A stretch of 63,044 nucleotides of DNA, filler included, from Sphacelaria rigidula (taxonomy: Eukaryota), in the NCBI GenBank assembly GCA_964200075.2. It is 8 parts of 8 records of this genome, joined end to end, with 100 filler letters (N's around TTAATTAATTAA, not from the genome) between each part and the next. Parts side by side here need not be neighbours in the genome. Positions count along the whole stretch, not along the records: positions 1 to 7,795 come from CAXNAA020013439.1; positions 7,896 to 15,689 come from CAXNAA020013440.1; 6 more parts are not named here. The stretch is one strand, 5' to 3'. Shown here piece after piece: positions 1 to 12,399 of the stretch (its first letter is position 1; every line of letters starts with the position of its first letter). The position numbers and the translations under genes are program-made. Below the pieces are notes generated by a model. The model had not been told where the DNA came from. It did not search any database and saw only the letters and a list, made by a program, of their open reading frames with translations.

Positions 1-99
1 AAAAATGGACACAATCCCGGGGAGCGGTGGATTCTCATTTCAAAATACCTTCTCATTTTTCTGGCAACCCTGATATCTGTGGAAATGATGAGTAAAGTG

Positions 100-560
100 C
101 ACCCGTTCGTGTTCCGCGATGGAAATTCCGTTGCTGAAAACACTTTAAAGGCGTGAAAATGGGACATCTCATTCGTGGAAAACTCCCGGTCCTTTCCGAT
201 TTTTTTTGGGGGGGGAGCTTGAAGAAACCCTGGCATCGTTTTCTTGACGCCTGAGGGAACCCCAAACGGGTTGATTCCGACACTGGTGGCCACTGGGGTG
301 CCTGTAACCTCAAATTTGGACGTTATAGACCTTGTGCAACGTCGGTAAAGTCCAAAGTAAGGTTGCAGGCACCCCAGTGGCCACCCATGGAATCAAAGCT
401 TGGACTGGTGTGGTGGATCAAAAAGTGGCGGGAGCGACTTTTGGAGTTGCCTGGAAACCACGGTCCTCCCTATAAAAAGGTGTAGAAGAAGATTATTTGT
501 CCTGAAAAGGTATTGACGTGCGTTGGATCACACCTGCTACTGACGCGGCTTGCAATAATA
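100..560. mobile_element. Degenerate Ty3/Gypsy protease-region fragments in head-to-head inverted arrangement
   Basis: RLQAPQWPP is encoded on minus (~285-313) and on plus (~360-387). The same peptide precedes the DSG protease at 23290-23541, and the plus arm continues with weak similarity to it. Confidence 0.55.
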
Positions 561-710
561 CACCTTCGTACAGATTTCATGGCGGTATTAGTGTGCTTGT
601 GCGGTAATCTTTTCCAGAACGCTGAGAGGCGGAGGGGGGTGGGAGGACTTGTCGGCATTTGGACGTGTGCCACCCCTTGAATTCGTTCAACATGGCCGAA
701 CAGCAAATAA

Positions 711-1144
711 CACGGGATCTTACGAATTGGGGATGGATCTTTTGTTGGGGATGAGAAACCAGGAGAATTAAAGTCTTCGTATCCACACAAAATCTTCGAA
801 ATATGATTCCATTTTTTACCTACTGATAGCTATTGACACTACACGCCATCGAAATTTTGATGTCGATCACCGAAATGTTGGGGTCCTGGGTGAAAAACCA
901 ATTTCAGAATCATTTTGGCGTCCGTTTGGACATCGGGAATTCCCCAAATTTGTTTTTCATCTAGGACCCCCACGTTTCGGTGATCGAAATCCAAATTTCG
1001 ATGGCGTGTTGCAGTTGTCAATAGCTGTCAGTGAATGAAGAAATTGAACCATATTCCGAAGATTTGGTGTGGATACGAATATTTTAATTCTCCGGGTTTC
1101 TCATCCCCAATAAAAGATCCATCCCCAATTTGTAAGATCCTGTG
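711..1144. mobile_element. Foldback MITE with ~200-bp imperfect TIRs (family A)
   Basis: Termini CACGGGATCTTACGAATTGGGGATGGATC...GATCCATCCCCAATTTGTAAGATCCTGTG; flanks TAA/TGA; related copies at 11989-12390 and 7896-7975. Confidence 0.85.
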
Positions 1145-1264
1145 TGAAATGAACGTGGCAAACATGAGAGACGCACCCCCCATGCGATGTGCGTCGAAGG
1201 GCAAACAGCAACATCGGCGATAATAATGATGGAGTGACGATGATGCGATGGCCCACCCCTCGGG

Positions 1265-1482
1265 AAAGTGGCTGGTATGAGGCAATATCTACATATGTAT
1301 TGAAATGGCAAAATCCGAGCACATAGAGTAGCTGGGAAATCCCATGCTTGGAATCATTTTCGCCGATGGCGCCCATGTGAGGCACCTCGTGCAGTCTGAC
1401 ACCAGCCATCAATTTGCGCTGTGTGGCCATCTTATTCGTGACAATTTTGGGGCTGGTTTGGGGGGGGAGGGGGGCTATCGCG
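1265..1482 (-). repeat. Dispersed ~230-bp core repeat (family B)
   Basis: Homologous to 51958-52220, 55428-55650, 56411-56662, 57815-58065 and partial 31577-31655. Confidence 0.75.
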
Positions 1483-4400
1483 GCATCACTCAATAATTCT
1501 TGACGGTGCACTATTGCCTGATACTGCCGGATTGAGATTAGAAAAATGTGGGCATTATTCTCATGAGTGACCGAGTACAGTAACGTCCTTCCTGTTAAAA
1601 ACTGCAGAAAACCAATGATGGTTGATCCCCGAACTCCAAAAAGAAGGGGAAGGGCATCGTGATCTTCGCAGAGACCCTGTCCGAAGTGAATGAAACATGT
1701 GTGCGATCAACCAGACTGCGACACGCTCACGTCTGGTTTCATGTATATATCTCACCGCGAGGGTTCCCCCTCCTCGTGGGCGTTGATAAGTTATTGGATA
1801 CATGCAATATCTATTACACGCATTTCGATCCGTCTGCTACATTTTTTAACAACGGGTGCGAGAAGACCAGAAGGAGGCATCTTCTCTGCAATTCGTTCAT
1901 CGGACCGTTCTCAGCCAACCCCCTCAGCAGGCCCACTCAACACAGACCAACCATCATTATTCGTGACGGAGTGCATCGAAAGCAACACGGCCTGCCCCTC
2001 CCAATAGAGAACGCATGCCTCCCAGCCCTCTCCCCCGAACATATCCTGTGACGGTGACAGGCCTAAGGGAGCGTTCAGGAGGGTTTGTTCACCCCGCGCC
2101 CCCACGAATATTCAACAAAAATGATGGAACGAGGCCAAAACAACCTAGCTCCTAGCCGCGACCGGGATCCGATTCTGCGTCGGATTTCCTCGCCGTCACA
2201 TAATTCTCGATTGACGCGATACTCTCGCCTCCCCCACCCCCCACTCTCTATCGGTGGTAACATAGATTTTTGTTGTTGAAACGCAAAACGGTGTCAAATC
2301 TATCCATTCGTTCATTCAAATCAGGTCGGATGTATATTCATTTACTCACATGCCATTTTTTATTCATTGTTTCTCGCATCACTCCTTCACAGGCCTGTTC
2401 GCACCGCTTTCCCCTTTTCCCACCCCAATCCCCCGCCTCTCACCCCCACCCTCACGTACGGCCCACCGTCCTCCATGATAATACACGTCATCATCCTCCA
2501 TATAGAAGGGCGGATAGGCTACAGATTTAGCTGCTTCGTTCACGCAACTGAACGCAAGTCAAGTGCGATCGATGCAATCGCATGGACTCACACGCGCATT
2601 TCCACGACAGCAAACATCATCAATCCTCATCATATTGGATGTCATCGCGGGCGCCAGATCAACAACAACAACCAGAACAACAGACAGTTTATGGTATTTC
2701 TCCAAACTGCCCTTACTGTTGATTTTTGAGACCACTAATACCAGAAGAACAAAACAAAAAACAACAGAGCTTTTTTCCCCGACCTCCTCACCGCATCATC
2801 ACCCATCATATCATTCACGATGTTTTTCCGTGTATAAAATGACGTGACACATTGCAAGTCGACACAAAAATAAATGAGCGCAGAAAGCAGCCAGGCGCAA
2901 TACAGACACATGCACACACACACACGTACGTGCGCACCAAACACATGGACAGACTCACACAGGCAAGCGTTCCGGGTTTAACGCATCTGCGGCGTCGAAT
3001 TCCCTCATTGTTTTTTCACCACAAGCCGACACGCCAAAAAAGTAGAAATTCTGGCAGTCAACAAGCAGCCCTGACTAAGAATGAAACGCAAAAAAAAACA
3101 AAAAAAACTCTTCGGAATTTAAGAATAGTTATTTCTTGGATTATCAATCACCCCGCAAACCATAGAGGATCAATCACCTCCACGACTGCTCCAACAGTCA
3201 ACTACAGAAACTTTAGGACCAACGGTATACTCAAGAATATAGACCAACTCATGCAACCATACACAAAGATGAAACACGCGGTCGTCGCGGTGCAGACTTT
3301 CTTTTTTTTCTTTCATCTCTGACGTTGATACCGAGTTGATCTTAAATTCCAAACAATCGACGGCTTTCTTCGCACTCTCGAGCACCCTCGACAACCATTC
3401 TCCCTCCCCCCCTCCCCCCGCCCCCCGCTCCCCCCCATCCAAGTAAAAATTGATTCGAAACTTTCCGTCCTTGGCTATGACTATCCCGCACGATACGAGC
3501 TGGAACACAAATTCCGGCGGAAGTCACACCGCACGCGCTCGTCGTGATCCGCACTCAACAAGAGTAATCTGAAAAGGAATACCAGGAACTGTAGGGTTGG
3601 CTACAAACGTTCTGCCGAAGAACACGAGTGAACCAAGCAGATACTACAGAGACCACAACAGGACAAGGAAAGATGCATGAATGTGAACTAACCCAAAAAA
3701 CGGAAGACACCTACTACTGTTGTGAGAAGAAAGGACGGGACGATCGCCGGAACAAAGTACTGTACCTCCTTCCCTATCGTCGCTCGCTTCAGTCCCGCGC
3801 TTCCCTTACCCATTTCTTCTTGCGTCGGACAAAACGGTAACACACGACCGCGGGGGAAAAAATAGTAATTAGTAACAGAAAACAGTGCAGCTCCTCGGGA
3901 CACAACCCGCACCCGAAATACCCCGCCTAAATGCACCGCCAAGGGATAACCACCCGCAACGCCATTCCTAAAAATGGACGTCAGACAGACGTCTTCGCGC
4001 TTGCCGTGTAACACTCCACCCAGAGAATTCGCATGGCTCAAGGTATTTGTCCCGCTCGTTGCAACCCGACGCGACCTCTTGGGCATTCCGTTCTCCATTC
4101 CCGATAAACCCGCACTCGGAGCACACAGCAAAACGCGGGACATAAAAGGGTAACGAGACAAGCCAGTTGCGCAGCGAGTATCAGCCATTCCCAGCTCACC
4201 CAGTCCCTCCGTCGTCACGGGAAGTAGGCAGGGGGTCGGCCGAACCTCACTTAAGGCCAAAAACTTACGGTTTACATGGTGAGAATGTAGCCAGGATGTC
4301 CGACCGACTTGCGCGGCTTTCAAGCGCTGGGCCGGCAACAACTGGGACGGTCTGGGGGGGGGGGGGGACGAGATCGATCAAAATCGAAAACTACAGCTAT

Positions 4401-5805
4401 CCCTCTTATCCGACATGCGGCGCATTCGGCGCATATATCGTCTGCCGGCCCGCCCACTCATTCGCCCGCTACCTGAAGTTGCTGGGACGCTTAGAAGGAA
4501 TACAGAACATACACAACATACCATATCCACGCAAATACCCCGCTCCGGGTCGCTCGAGCGCCCCCGGCGCCCCCGGCGAGGTAAAAGAGGGGGGCACACC
4601 CATCTACGGTGGTGTAAGCAACTCCCAGTTCCCATACGCTGCTATCGAAATAACGTACTGTGTTTCATCACGAAAACAGAGACTGGAACACTTTCCCTTC
4701 GCTTCGCCGTTTCCTTGCAAGGAGTGGGGAAGGGGAAGGGGGGGAGAGGGGGATATGCTGGTGTCTCGGCGGAAAAATCGGGAGCTGTAAAGTGCCAGCA
4801 AACAGCCCAGCACGCTGATCTCCCCTCTTTCACCCACACTCCACACGTGCCCAGCCCCGGTCAAACTGAAGGACAATATCTTCTCGACCGCGGAGGATGG
4901 GGTTAGTGCCCACAGTACGTAAGACCCATCTAGTTGAACAAGTGAGCTACTGTTGAAGAAATGATAGAACAATGGCTCGCGGATGGCGAAACGCTCCTCC
5001 TACGTTCGTGTGCCTCAAACCACTGGACGGTTTTCCCTCACCCTCCTTCTGGAGGCCTGGGGGCCGTACTGCAATACAGCGCAGAAATCGCTGTTCTTGG
5101 AGAGTAATAATGTTTCCTTTGTTAGTGAGAACATCGAAATGTGCTTCTTTCTTTCTACTGTACGATATACCACGATTTCTCCAATATTGTATCCGAGTCG
5201 AAATTAAGGATGTGCAATCTTTCACGAACTCATTTCCGTCAAAACTGTGTGCTTTCCCCCCTCCCTCCCCATTGCCTTCGCAGAAAACAGTCATAACAAA
5301 AACAAAGAAAGGACGTGAAGAAACAATATATATATAGTATCAACAGGCAAAAAAAAAACACGAAAAAAAAAACACAGAAACAATAACGAATAAAAAAGAA
5401 CAAAAATAACACAAAAAGTCACTGTACTATAATAATCACCACGTAAGCGGCGCACGCAAATCTACCGTGATGAGCACTGCAACATCATCTCCAAAGTCGC
5501 CAGTACCTTTTTTTCGCTCATTTTTCTCGCCTCCTTGTCATATTCCACTCACCTCTCACACACGCGTGCATAATTTAACGTGCACATACTGTAACGTATA
5601 CCGCAGTATTTCCGCTTGCTGCCACATCCTTTTATAACTATTCCATAACTTGCTTCGGAAGCGTACCTCCACCTGGCAGCAGCAACCTCCCTCACATGCC
5701 CAGCACCCCTTCACCCTTTCCCATATTTTCAACACCTGTCCTAAACGAACCACTCACAGTAACACCCCCCCCGCGCGCGCCCTCACCCACCCCGTCTCCC
5801 CACAA

Positions 5806-6066
5806 TCACCGATCACCGCCTTCCCCCTCCAGAATAACCCCGGGAATTTCATACGTGAAACCGTCGAAGTGTCCATCTGGGCCTGGGGAGACGATGCCTC
5901 CGCCTAGGGACATGGTGTCTATGGGCATGCGGGTGAATTGCGGGTCGAAGTTGTGAGTTGACTCGGAACCTTGCCGTTCGTTCCGACAGGGGTTGAGTGG
6001 CGCAGGGATGCGTTTGGCCAGGAGGGCTGCCCAGTCCAGTCCCCGGAAGAATTCGTGGTGCATGAC
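5806..6066 (-). CDS. AGC-group Ser/Thr protein kinase (S6K/SGK/Akt-like), terminal exon with AGC C-terminal tail
   Basis: CAG acceptor at 6069-6067; encodes VMHHEFFRGLDW..IPAP..NFDPQFT..FDGFTY (hydrophobic motif) and ends at TGA; phase 0 matches the upstream exon. Confidence 0.92.
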   Translation of the reverse strand, partial: VMHHEFFRGLDWAALLAKRIPAPLNPCRNERQGSESTHNFDPQFTRMPIDTMSLGGGIVSPGPDGHFDGFTYEIPGVILEGEGGDR

Positions 6067-6544
6067 CTGATGCCAGTGCGCAACGTGGTGAGGGTAACGA
6101 TAGTGGTGGCTAGATTAGAATATATGGTGCGGCACGATGAAAGACAGAGGGCACCTGGGCAAAAAGTGTAGCGTGCACGGGGTGTAGTGTACTTATAATC
6201 TTGCATGCCGTAGTAATAAGACCGTTGACCTCGCATCCCTGCAGAGCTCGCATCCCTGCAGAGCCGGGACGGAGCACGCCGGGTTTTCACCGGAGCACGC
6301 CCCTCGCAATCAAATCACCAAGCGTGAAGTGCCATGCATGTGTTCGGCGAGTCGCATGACGGGTGAGCTACATACTCCGCCAAGATTGTTCGGCCCAAAG
6401 CGTACTAGTTATGTTGTATATAGATGGCAGACGCGGAGGAGTTCATTCATTTTTTGGTATCGCCAGTTTCAGAGACAGCCACGGGTTATACACTGCCTGA
6501 CGGGTATCTCACCATTCAAACACCAATTATTATTATTCCCTTGC

Positions 6545-6700
6545 TCGAAGTTGAGGTTCTCAGCCCCGCGCACAATATGTAGCTCGACCACCATCATGGT
6601 TACCATAAAAAATAAACGCAGGCGAGAATCCCCGGGTAACCTGGTTGCCTAGCTTACGCCGTGAGTGGCGTATTTCACGGCGTCGTCGCCAACCCACGCC
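6545..6700 (+). repeat. Dispersed repeat in the kinase intron
   Basis: Matches 47365-47520 (TAGCTCGAC.ACCATCATGGTTACC...CCTAGCTTACGC.GTGA.TGGCGT); in addition 6455-6495 matches 15826-15865. Confidence 0.7.
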
Positions 6701-7247
6701 AACCACCAGAAGGTCGGAGGGGATGGGAAGGGGGGGGGCAACGGACTACAAAAGAGTGCGTCAACAGGGGGCAAGGAGCAGGAGTAGCACGAGTAGGCTG
6801 ACTGGTGATCAGTCCGCGATGTACTTCCATCATCAGCAGGTACTGACAGCTTCCCCCCGACCTGTATAACTAAAAATAAACAAGGGCAGGCCGAGTATAA
6901 TATACTTAATTGCGGAGTATTTTAAAAGTCTTACTTGAAGTACACAAATTGGGGGTAGGGTTTCAGGTATCGCTTTCCAGTTATATTTTGGGTACGACTC
7001 CCAACACGCTACCCTAATTTGAGTACCCCAAGTACATCTTTCAGAATACTCCGCAATTGAGTATACTCTATTCGACCTACCCAGAAAAAAATAACAACAA
7101 AATGCTGCGACTTGTGGTCGAAAGAAGTCTCTTGACAGCATGCGATGCCGTACCCGACTCGCGACCAACCGTACATGAGCGGCATTCATATTTCCTTTCC
7201 AGCGCATGGAACCATCAAGTCATCAAACACACCAACACAAAATTTAC

Positions 7248-7487
7248 CTGCAGGGCGCCAAGGGTACCCAGTCGTTTGGACGGGTTCCTGGTGAGCAAGC
7301 CTCCAATGATGGACGCAGACGGGGCCGACACGTTCTTTGGAATTACCAAGGGCGCGCCTCGCAACCTCTCGAATAGTTTTTGCCTGTCCTTCGTGTACCA
7401 CGGGGGTAACCCGGTGAGCATCTCGTACATGAGCATACCCAGTCCCCACCAGTCCACGGCCGTCCCGTGCCCGGCCTTGTTGATAAC
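7248..7487 (-). CDS. AGC-group Ser/Thr protein kinase, internal exon (subdomains IX-XI); gene is 5'-partial
   Basis: 240-bp exon bounded by CAG and GTAAAT; encodes GHGTAVDWWGLGMLMYEMLTGLPPWY...LLTRNPSKRLG. Confidence 0.95.
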
Positions 7488-7520
7488 CTGGTGTGGAGGA
7501 AAATTATTTACATGCGGGCG

Positions 7521-7610
7521 ATTGATTTGATTGATTGATTGATTGCCGCACTTGAACTGAAGGCCCAGGAATCGAGCCGCTGTCTCATGATGAGTGGATG
7601 TACCCGAGAC
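7521..7610 (-). mobile_element. Retroposon 3' end (SINE/LINE) with (AATC)n tail
   Basis: Homologous to 48310-48381, 49728-49810, 49920-50040, 51195-51273 and 53086-53125; consensus GGGTACGT.TATCATGAG.C.GCGGCTGGA..CCTGGG...TGCGACAATCAATCAATC. Confidence 0.65.
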
Positions 7611-7795
7611 AAGGACAAAACTGGAATGAGTGAATAACGACAAATGACGAACATATGAATCGAATGAACACCAATGCTTCCACGGGTCGGACAAATAACG
7701 ATTCGTCTGGAAATTACTTGGTTTCAGGATGATGAGTCGACTCGTGACGAATCAATCCCTAGGCATTATTTCAGCGTTGCAACCCCCAGGTAAAC

Positions 7796-7895
7796 NNNNN
7801 NNNNNNNNNNNNNNNNNNNNNNNNNNNNNNNNNNNNNNNTTAATTAATTAANNNNNNNNNNNNNNNNNNNNNNNNNNNNNNNNNNNNNNNNNNNN
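7796..7895. other. Artificial contig spacer (44N-TTAATTAATTAA-44N); identical spacers at 15690-15789, 23584-23683, 31477-31576, 39369-39468, 47261-47360, 55153-55252
   Basis: Seven identical 100-bp blocks with a six-frame stop linker, separating contigs of steadily decreasing length. Confidence 0.98.
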
Positions 7896-8001
7896 TAACT
7901 GCTACATGTCCCAAAAATTTGGATGTCAATAACCGAAATGTTGGGGTCCTACGGGAAAATCCAATTTCAGGTTTTCTCTCCTCTTTTGTCTTCATCAAAA
8001 G

Positions 8002-8073
8002 TGCGTCCGACGGGAATCGAACCAGCGACTAACTTTTTTGATGAGTCAGGAGACAACCAACCAGACTACTGAC
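8002..8073 (-). mobile_element. tRNA-derived (SINE-head-like) sequence; probably not a functional tRNA
   Basis: A-box-like TAGTCTGGTTGG, B-box GGTTCGATTCC, followed by TTTT; no good acceptor-stem pairing. Confidence 0.5.
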
Positions 8074-8275
8074 AAATCAGCGCTGACTTGTCAGTGCCCT
8101 AGTTGGTAGTCTCTTAAACCGTCACAAGCACCATCCTCAACATAGATGACTGGCTGTTATTATGCCCTCGCGTTTTCCCCACACAAAAATTTTCAAGCAC
8201 AAGTATCAAACCTGGGCCGACAAGTGGGGCCACGAAGATACTGTTTCGCATTTCTACAGGTCCAGGTTCTAAATC

Positions 8276-9097
8276 GCCCCATTTCACGTATATTTTGCTA
8301 GTTGGACTTTCAAATTTGGTACGAGCACGGAGGATGGATAGGGCATCATGAAGAAAAATATAGTAGTTAGCGTCTGAATAATTATTTTTGTTATTTTTTC
8401 GCGATTGGCGATTTTCTTGGGCTCTTTTCGCTTGCCACCGCTTTTCACATTGTGGATTTGAAAATGTTTTTATCCGCTCGACATTCCAAGGAAAGAAAAG
8501 CGTCAGTACTCGATACTGAGTGACTTACGGGCAGACCGGTCATCGGGGGTTCTGCCAATGTTTAGCCCAAACCTCGACTCTTCGGTGTTTTCGGTCGATC
8601 AAACCTATTCCGATCGTAATTTTGAAGAAACTAGAATGATTTTTTGTCTGAAATTATACCTACTCATTGCACTACAGCCGAAAAACTGTGGCTCACGGTC
8701 AATAACACCCGCCTGATAAACGGGGTATCCACCCCTGTCGCCCGATAACACCAAGTAGCACTAACCTAGGCACTGCGTTTTGCGGGCGATCTTTTTATTA
8801 TACTCGAGTCTCCTAGAACGTTCGAGTTCTATCGACGTGTAGTACGCGAGAAATTCCTCAAACAACCCGGAATAGTTCTGATGCAGACTACCATAATACA
8901 TACCTTGGGACATGAAGCTTATATATTTTTTCGTGAGTAATAATCAGTATCCAGTTTTCAGTAGAATTACCTTCAGCTCATGAAAAAAATGGGGCGGGGG
9001 GGAACTTTTTGCCGGACATATTTTGTTCACTGTGCCCTAGTCATTCTCTGTGCCCAAGTTGAAAGTCCAACTCTCAAAATTGAGATGAAAACGGGCC
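8276..9097. mobile_element. Non-autonomous DNA element with ~85-bp imperfect TIRs (family C)
   Basis: AGTTGGACTTTCAA...TAGGGCA...GAA.AAAA(A)TAT is inverted at both ends; the interior is homologous to 21470-22270. Confidence 0.65.
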
Positions 9098-10322
9098 TGC
9101 GCCCTACAGATTCGCTTCTAGGCTGGACCAGCTCCTAGTAGAAAACGCCGCAAGACAGACAGCTACAAACACCGAACGCATAGGACGCGTTGTTTCTGCG
9201 GGTGCCCAGATGGGAAACGGTACACAGCAGCACAGTCTCGTGTGGTAGTGTGCTGTCTTGACTGCAGTGCTAAACCGTAACGCGTTGTAGTACGAAACCA
9301 CCTCACCTTGCCTGCACTATGAGTACTACTTGCACGCATCGCCGGGATCAACCGAGCGATACGAGCATACATACCATGGTATACAACAATAATCCATACC
9401 TCATGTCGCCCAGGCCACGCGCGCTTGACGTTACCCCTAAATGAGACACCAGCAAACCATTTCGAGCACCCCTCATTCTCCCCCGATCCCGACCTTTAAT
9501 GACCCCATTGTGATAGGATCCGATGTGTAATGAGAGAGGGCATGCGCCCGATGCGATAGGACACCAAATAACTGTAGGTGGTATATTACCACATATTACC
9601 ACATGACTGCCCGCAAGACCAACACAACAGGCAGGCCACCAGCTGGCGCCACCGCTCGAAGGCGCGAGTTCGCCATCACATCATCCAGATCATTGTTGGA
9701 AATATATCATTTGAAGTTTAGGGCCATCTCAGACTTTCGAAGAGTTTACAGTTTCAAGTGCTCCCATCGTGCGCAGCACCCGCTATTGCTCAAATCGGCA
9801 CCGATTCGATCAGCGACAACGCACACTGTGCGAAGGATAACACCCCCCACCCGAGGTTCTCAGCATGCCTGGGGTTCGGCTTCGGGTTCGGATTACAGTT
9901 GTATCCAGAAGGCCTCAGCTGTGATTATTTTGACGAATAATGCGCGCAAATCCGCCTCCCCCACTCACCGCCCTTCGTCCTGCGGGACGATCCTACTCTA
10001 CTGTGAAACCGACCATATTTCATCCAGCATGGGACTTACGAGTCGACCTGGGGGAAAATATTAGCGCGTTGGCGATGAAAAACCTTGGGAAGGAAATATC
10101 GGGGTGTCATGAAAACCAATGGAAGGATACAGCATTTAGAGACCAATACAAGAGAGATCGTATACCGGGAATCTGAGAACTAACCAGTCGTTTTCCCCGT
10201 TTCCACATTTCTACGGGACGACCTTACTCGAATACAACCCTACACCCACCAATAGCAGCACCCCCAACCACACAGCACTTTCGCGGCAACCCATGTGTCC
10301 GAAGTGAAAAGGAATCACTCAC

Positions 10323-10670
10323 CTCATCACTATCACCGAGCATGTCGCTCTCGAGTCGTGCACAGCCTGCTGGCTCACATGTAGATCGAAGCATACTCGT
10401 AGATTCCTTGACGAGCATAATGGCCCCGTCTGGACAACGGCGATCTACCTCCCTCACAACAACGGCGCATCTGCCCGTCGCTCGGAGCTCTACCTGCGCC
10501 TCGACCGCTGCGGCAATGAGCTGCGACGCAGGTTCTCGCACGACGTCGCCAAGCATCACTGTTGCCGTGACGTCCGTAACCGGAGGCGGCGCATGTTCAC
10601 CCACCACGCGGGGTCCCACTGCAGCGACGAACAATGCCAGAAACAACAGAAGCAGGTGCACTCTGATCAT
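10323..10670 (-). CDS. Putative first exon of an unknown secreted protein (gene may be decayed)
   Basis: ATG plus hydrophobic signal-like MIRVHLLLLFLALFVAAVG; strong donor GAG|GTGAGT in phase 0; the next acceptor (~10048) gives VDS-stop. Confidence 0.4.
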
Positions 10671-11988
10671 GAGTGTCTGTTGTCTCTCGCCTGAGGTGTT
10701 GCTACTATTATTGCAGTATACAGCGCAGAAACGTTGTGCTGTGTCTTGTAACGCTTTTCTTCGTCGTTGTGTTCTCGGCAGCTGTGACTCGCATCAAGAT
10801 CGGCGATGGGTGGGTGATTGGAATTAAGCACGGGGGGGGGGGGTGCTTTTCTTGAAGTATCACAATAACCACTGAGTCACTCAGTCGGCGCTGACTGAGT
10901 GGCACAGTGGTTATTATTGTGGCGTCTCAACAGTGCGTGTAACAACTCTATGATCCAATTCCGCAGCAAGTAAAAATGACAGGATACAGCGGGGTGCGGT
11001 CGTCGGTAATTTCCGTATTTTGATGCTTCAGAGTCGACCGTTCGTGGTCTCCCCGGCAATCAACTGCAACAAAAAACACAACCAGAAAAATTGAAAAAAT
11101 GTGGAAAATTGAACTCGCAAAGCATCTCGAAAAAGCGCGAGGAAGGGATGTAGATCATAGCAGCTGCTGAACAATGACCGAACGGCCAACGACACACTAG
11201 TTCACCAGACAAGGATATTTTTGGAGCGAGACAAGGCGGGGGACATGTGGCAGCCTACCCGAGGCCAGCGCGTTCGCAGCGAAGTAGCGATACCACACGC
11301 TGAGGACATCCTAGCGTCGGAGGACTCTTGGCAAAGCGGTAAACAGATCTCGCAGTGTTTAGTTTTTGTCTGCGCATGCTTCAACGATCTGCCGTGTCTC
11401 TATGCAACAGAGGCAGGAAGCGTTCATATCATGTATGGGAGACCCGATGGCCAAGGTATCAGGTCGACATCAAAACCACTGCCACTTCTGATGACGGCGT
11501 CTTTACTTAGCCTGTGCACACCTCTGGCTAGAGACTCTGGCTAGAGGGAACTCTCAACGGCTGGCAAGTTGTTCGAACCATTGTTATACCCTCTTGGGTA
11601 CGTGAACGAAAACGTATGTTGCCAGCACGTGAAACACTACTATACCCTTTCGTGTACATGTGCGTGCGTTGTTTTGGAGGAGACCACCAGCAGTCCCAAA
11701 AGACCCGTTATGGACCGGAAGGGCATCCTGTGCCATGAAGTGAGGGATAAAAGGTACCGTATGTGCGTTCACTGCAGCCCCCATCTTCAGAAAAATGGGC
11801 GTTGTCTATGCATCAAAATGTAGAGAAAAGTGTGGGATCTCTCAAGGCGCGAGGGGTTATAATGTAGGGTGTTATTCATGCACAAGGGTAAATGAAGTGT
11901 TGCGCTATCGTGAGTGCGTTAGTTCATGATAGGATATCCGATCTTGATCAGGACCCAGGCGGTCATGGAACGTGCGCTGTTCAAACAC

Positions 11989-12390
11989 TGATGAGAACCC
12001 GTCAAATTAAAATATTATTATCCACACCAAATCTTCGAGATATGGTTCCATTCCTCCACCTACTGGTAATTATTGACAACTGCTACACGCCCTACAAATT
12101 TGGATGTCGATAACAGAAATGTTGGGGTCCTAGATGAAGAAACAATTTTGGGCAATTTTGGTGATACGATCGGATCCCCGAAATTCCCCGAAATTGGTTT
12201 TTCACCTAGGACCCCAACATTTCGGCTATTGAAATCACAATTTGTGTGGCGCATAGTACTTGTCATTATCTACCAGAATGTAAAGGAATGAAACCATATT
12301 CCGAAGATGTGGTGTGGATACGAAGGTTTCAGTTCTCCGGGTTCTCATCCTCAATGAAAATCTCCATCCTCAATTTCGATGATCGGCTGT
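11989..12390. mobile_element. Foldback MITE family A copy, at the point where the Gypsy integrase is truncated
   Basis: Same arms as 711-1144 (TATCCACACCAAATCTTCG, GAAATGTTGGGGTCCTAG...CCTAGGACCCCAACATTTC). Confidence 0.8.
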
Positions 12391-12399
12391 TAGAGGCTG

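Noticed and set aside
3688..4906. Overlapping 160-217-aa ORFs on both strands
   Set aside because: They have no recognisable motifs or splice structure and are best explained as chance ORFs in GC-rich, probably UTR sequence.
8002..8073. Functional tRNA gene
   Set aside because: The acceptor and anticodon stems do not pair properly; kept only as a tRNA-derived repeat.
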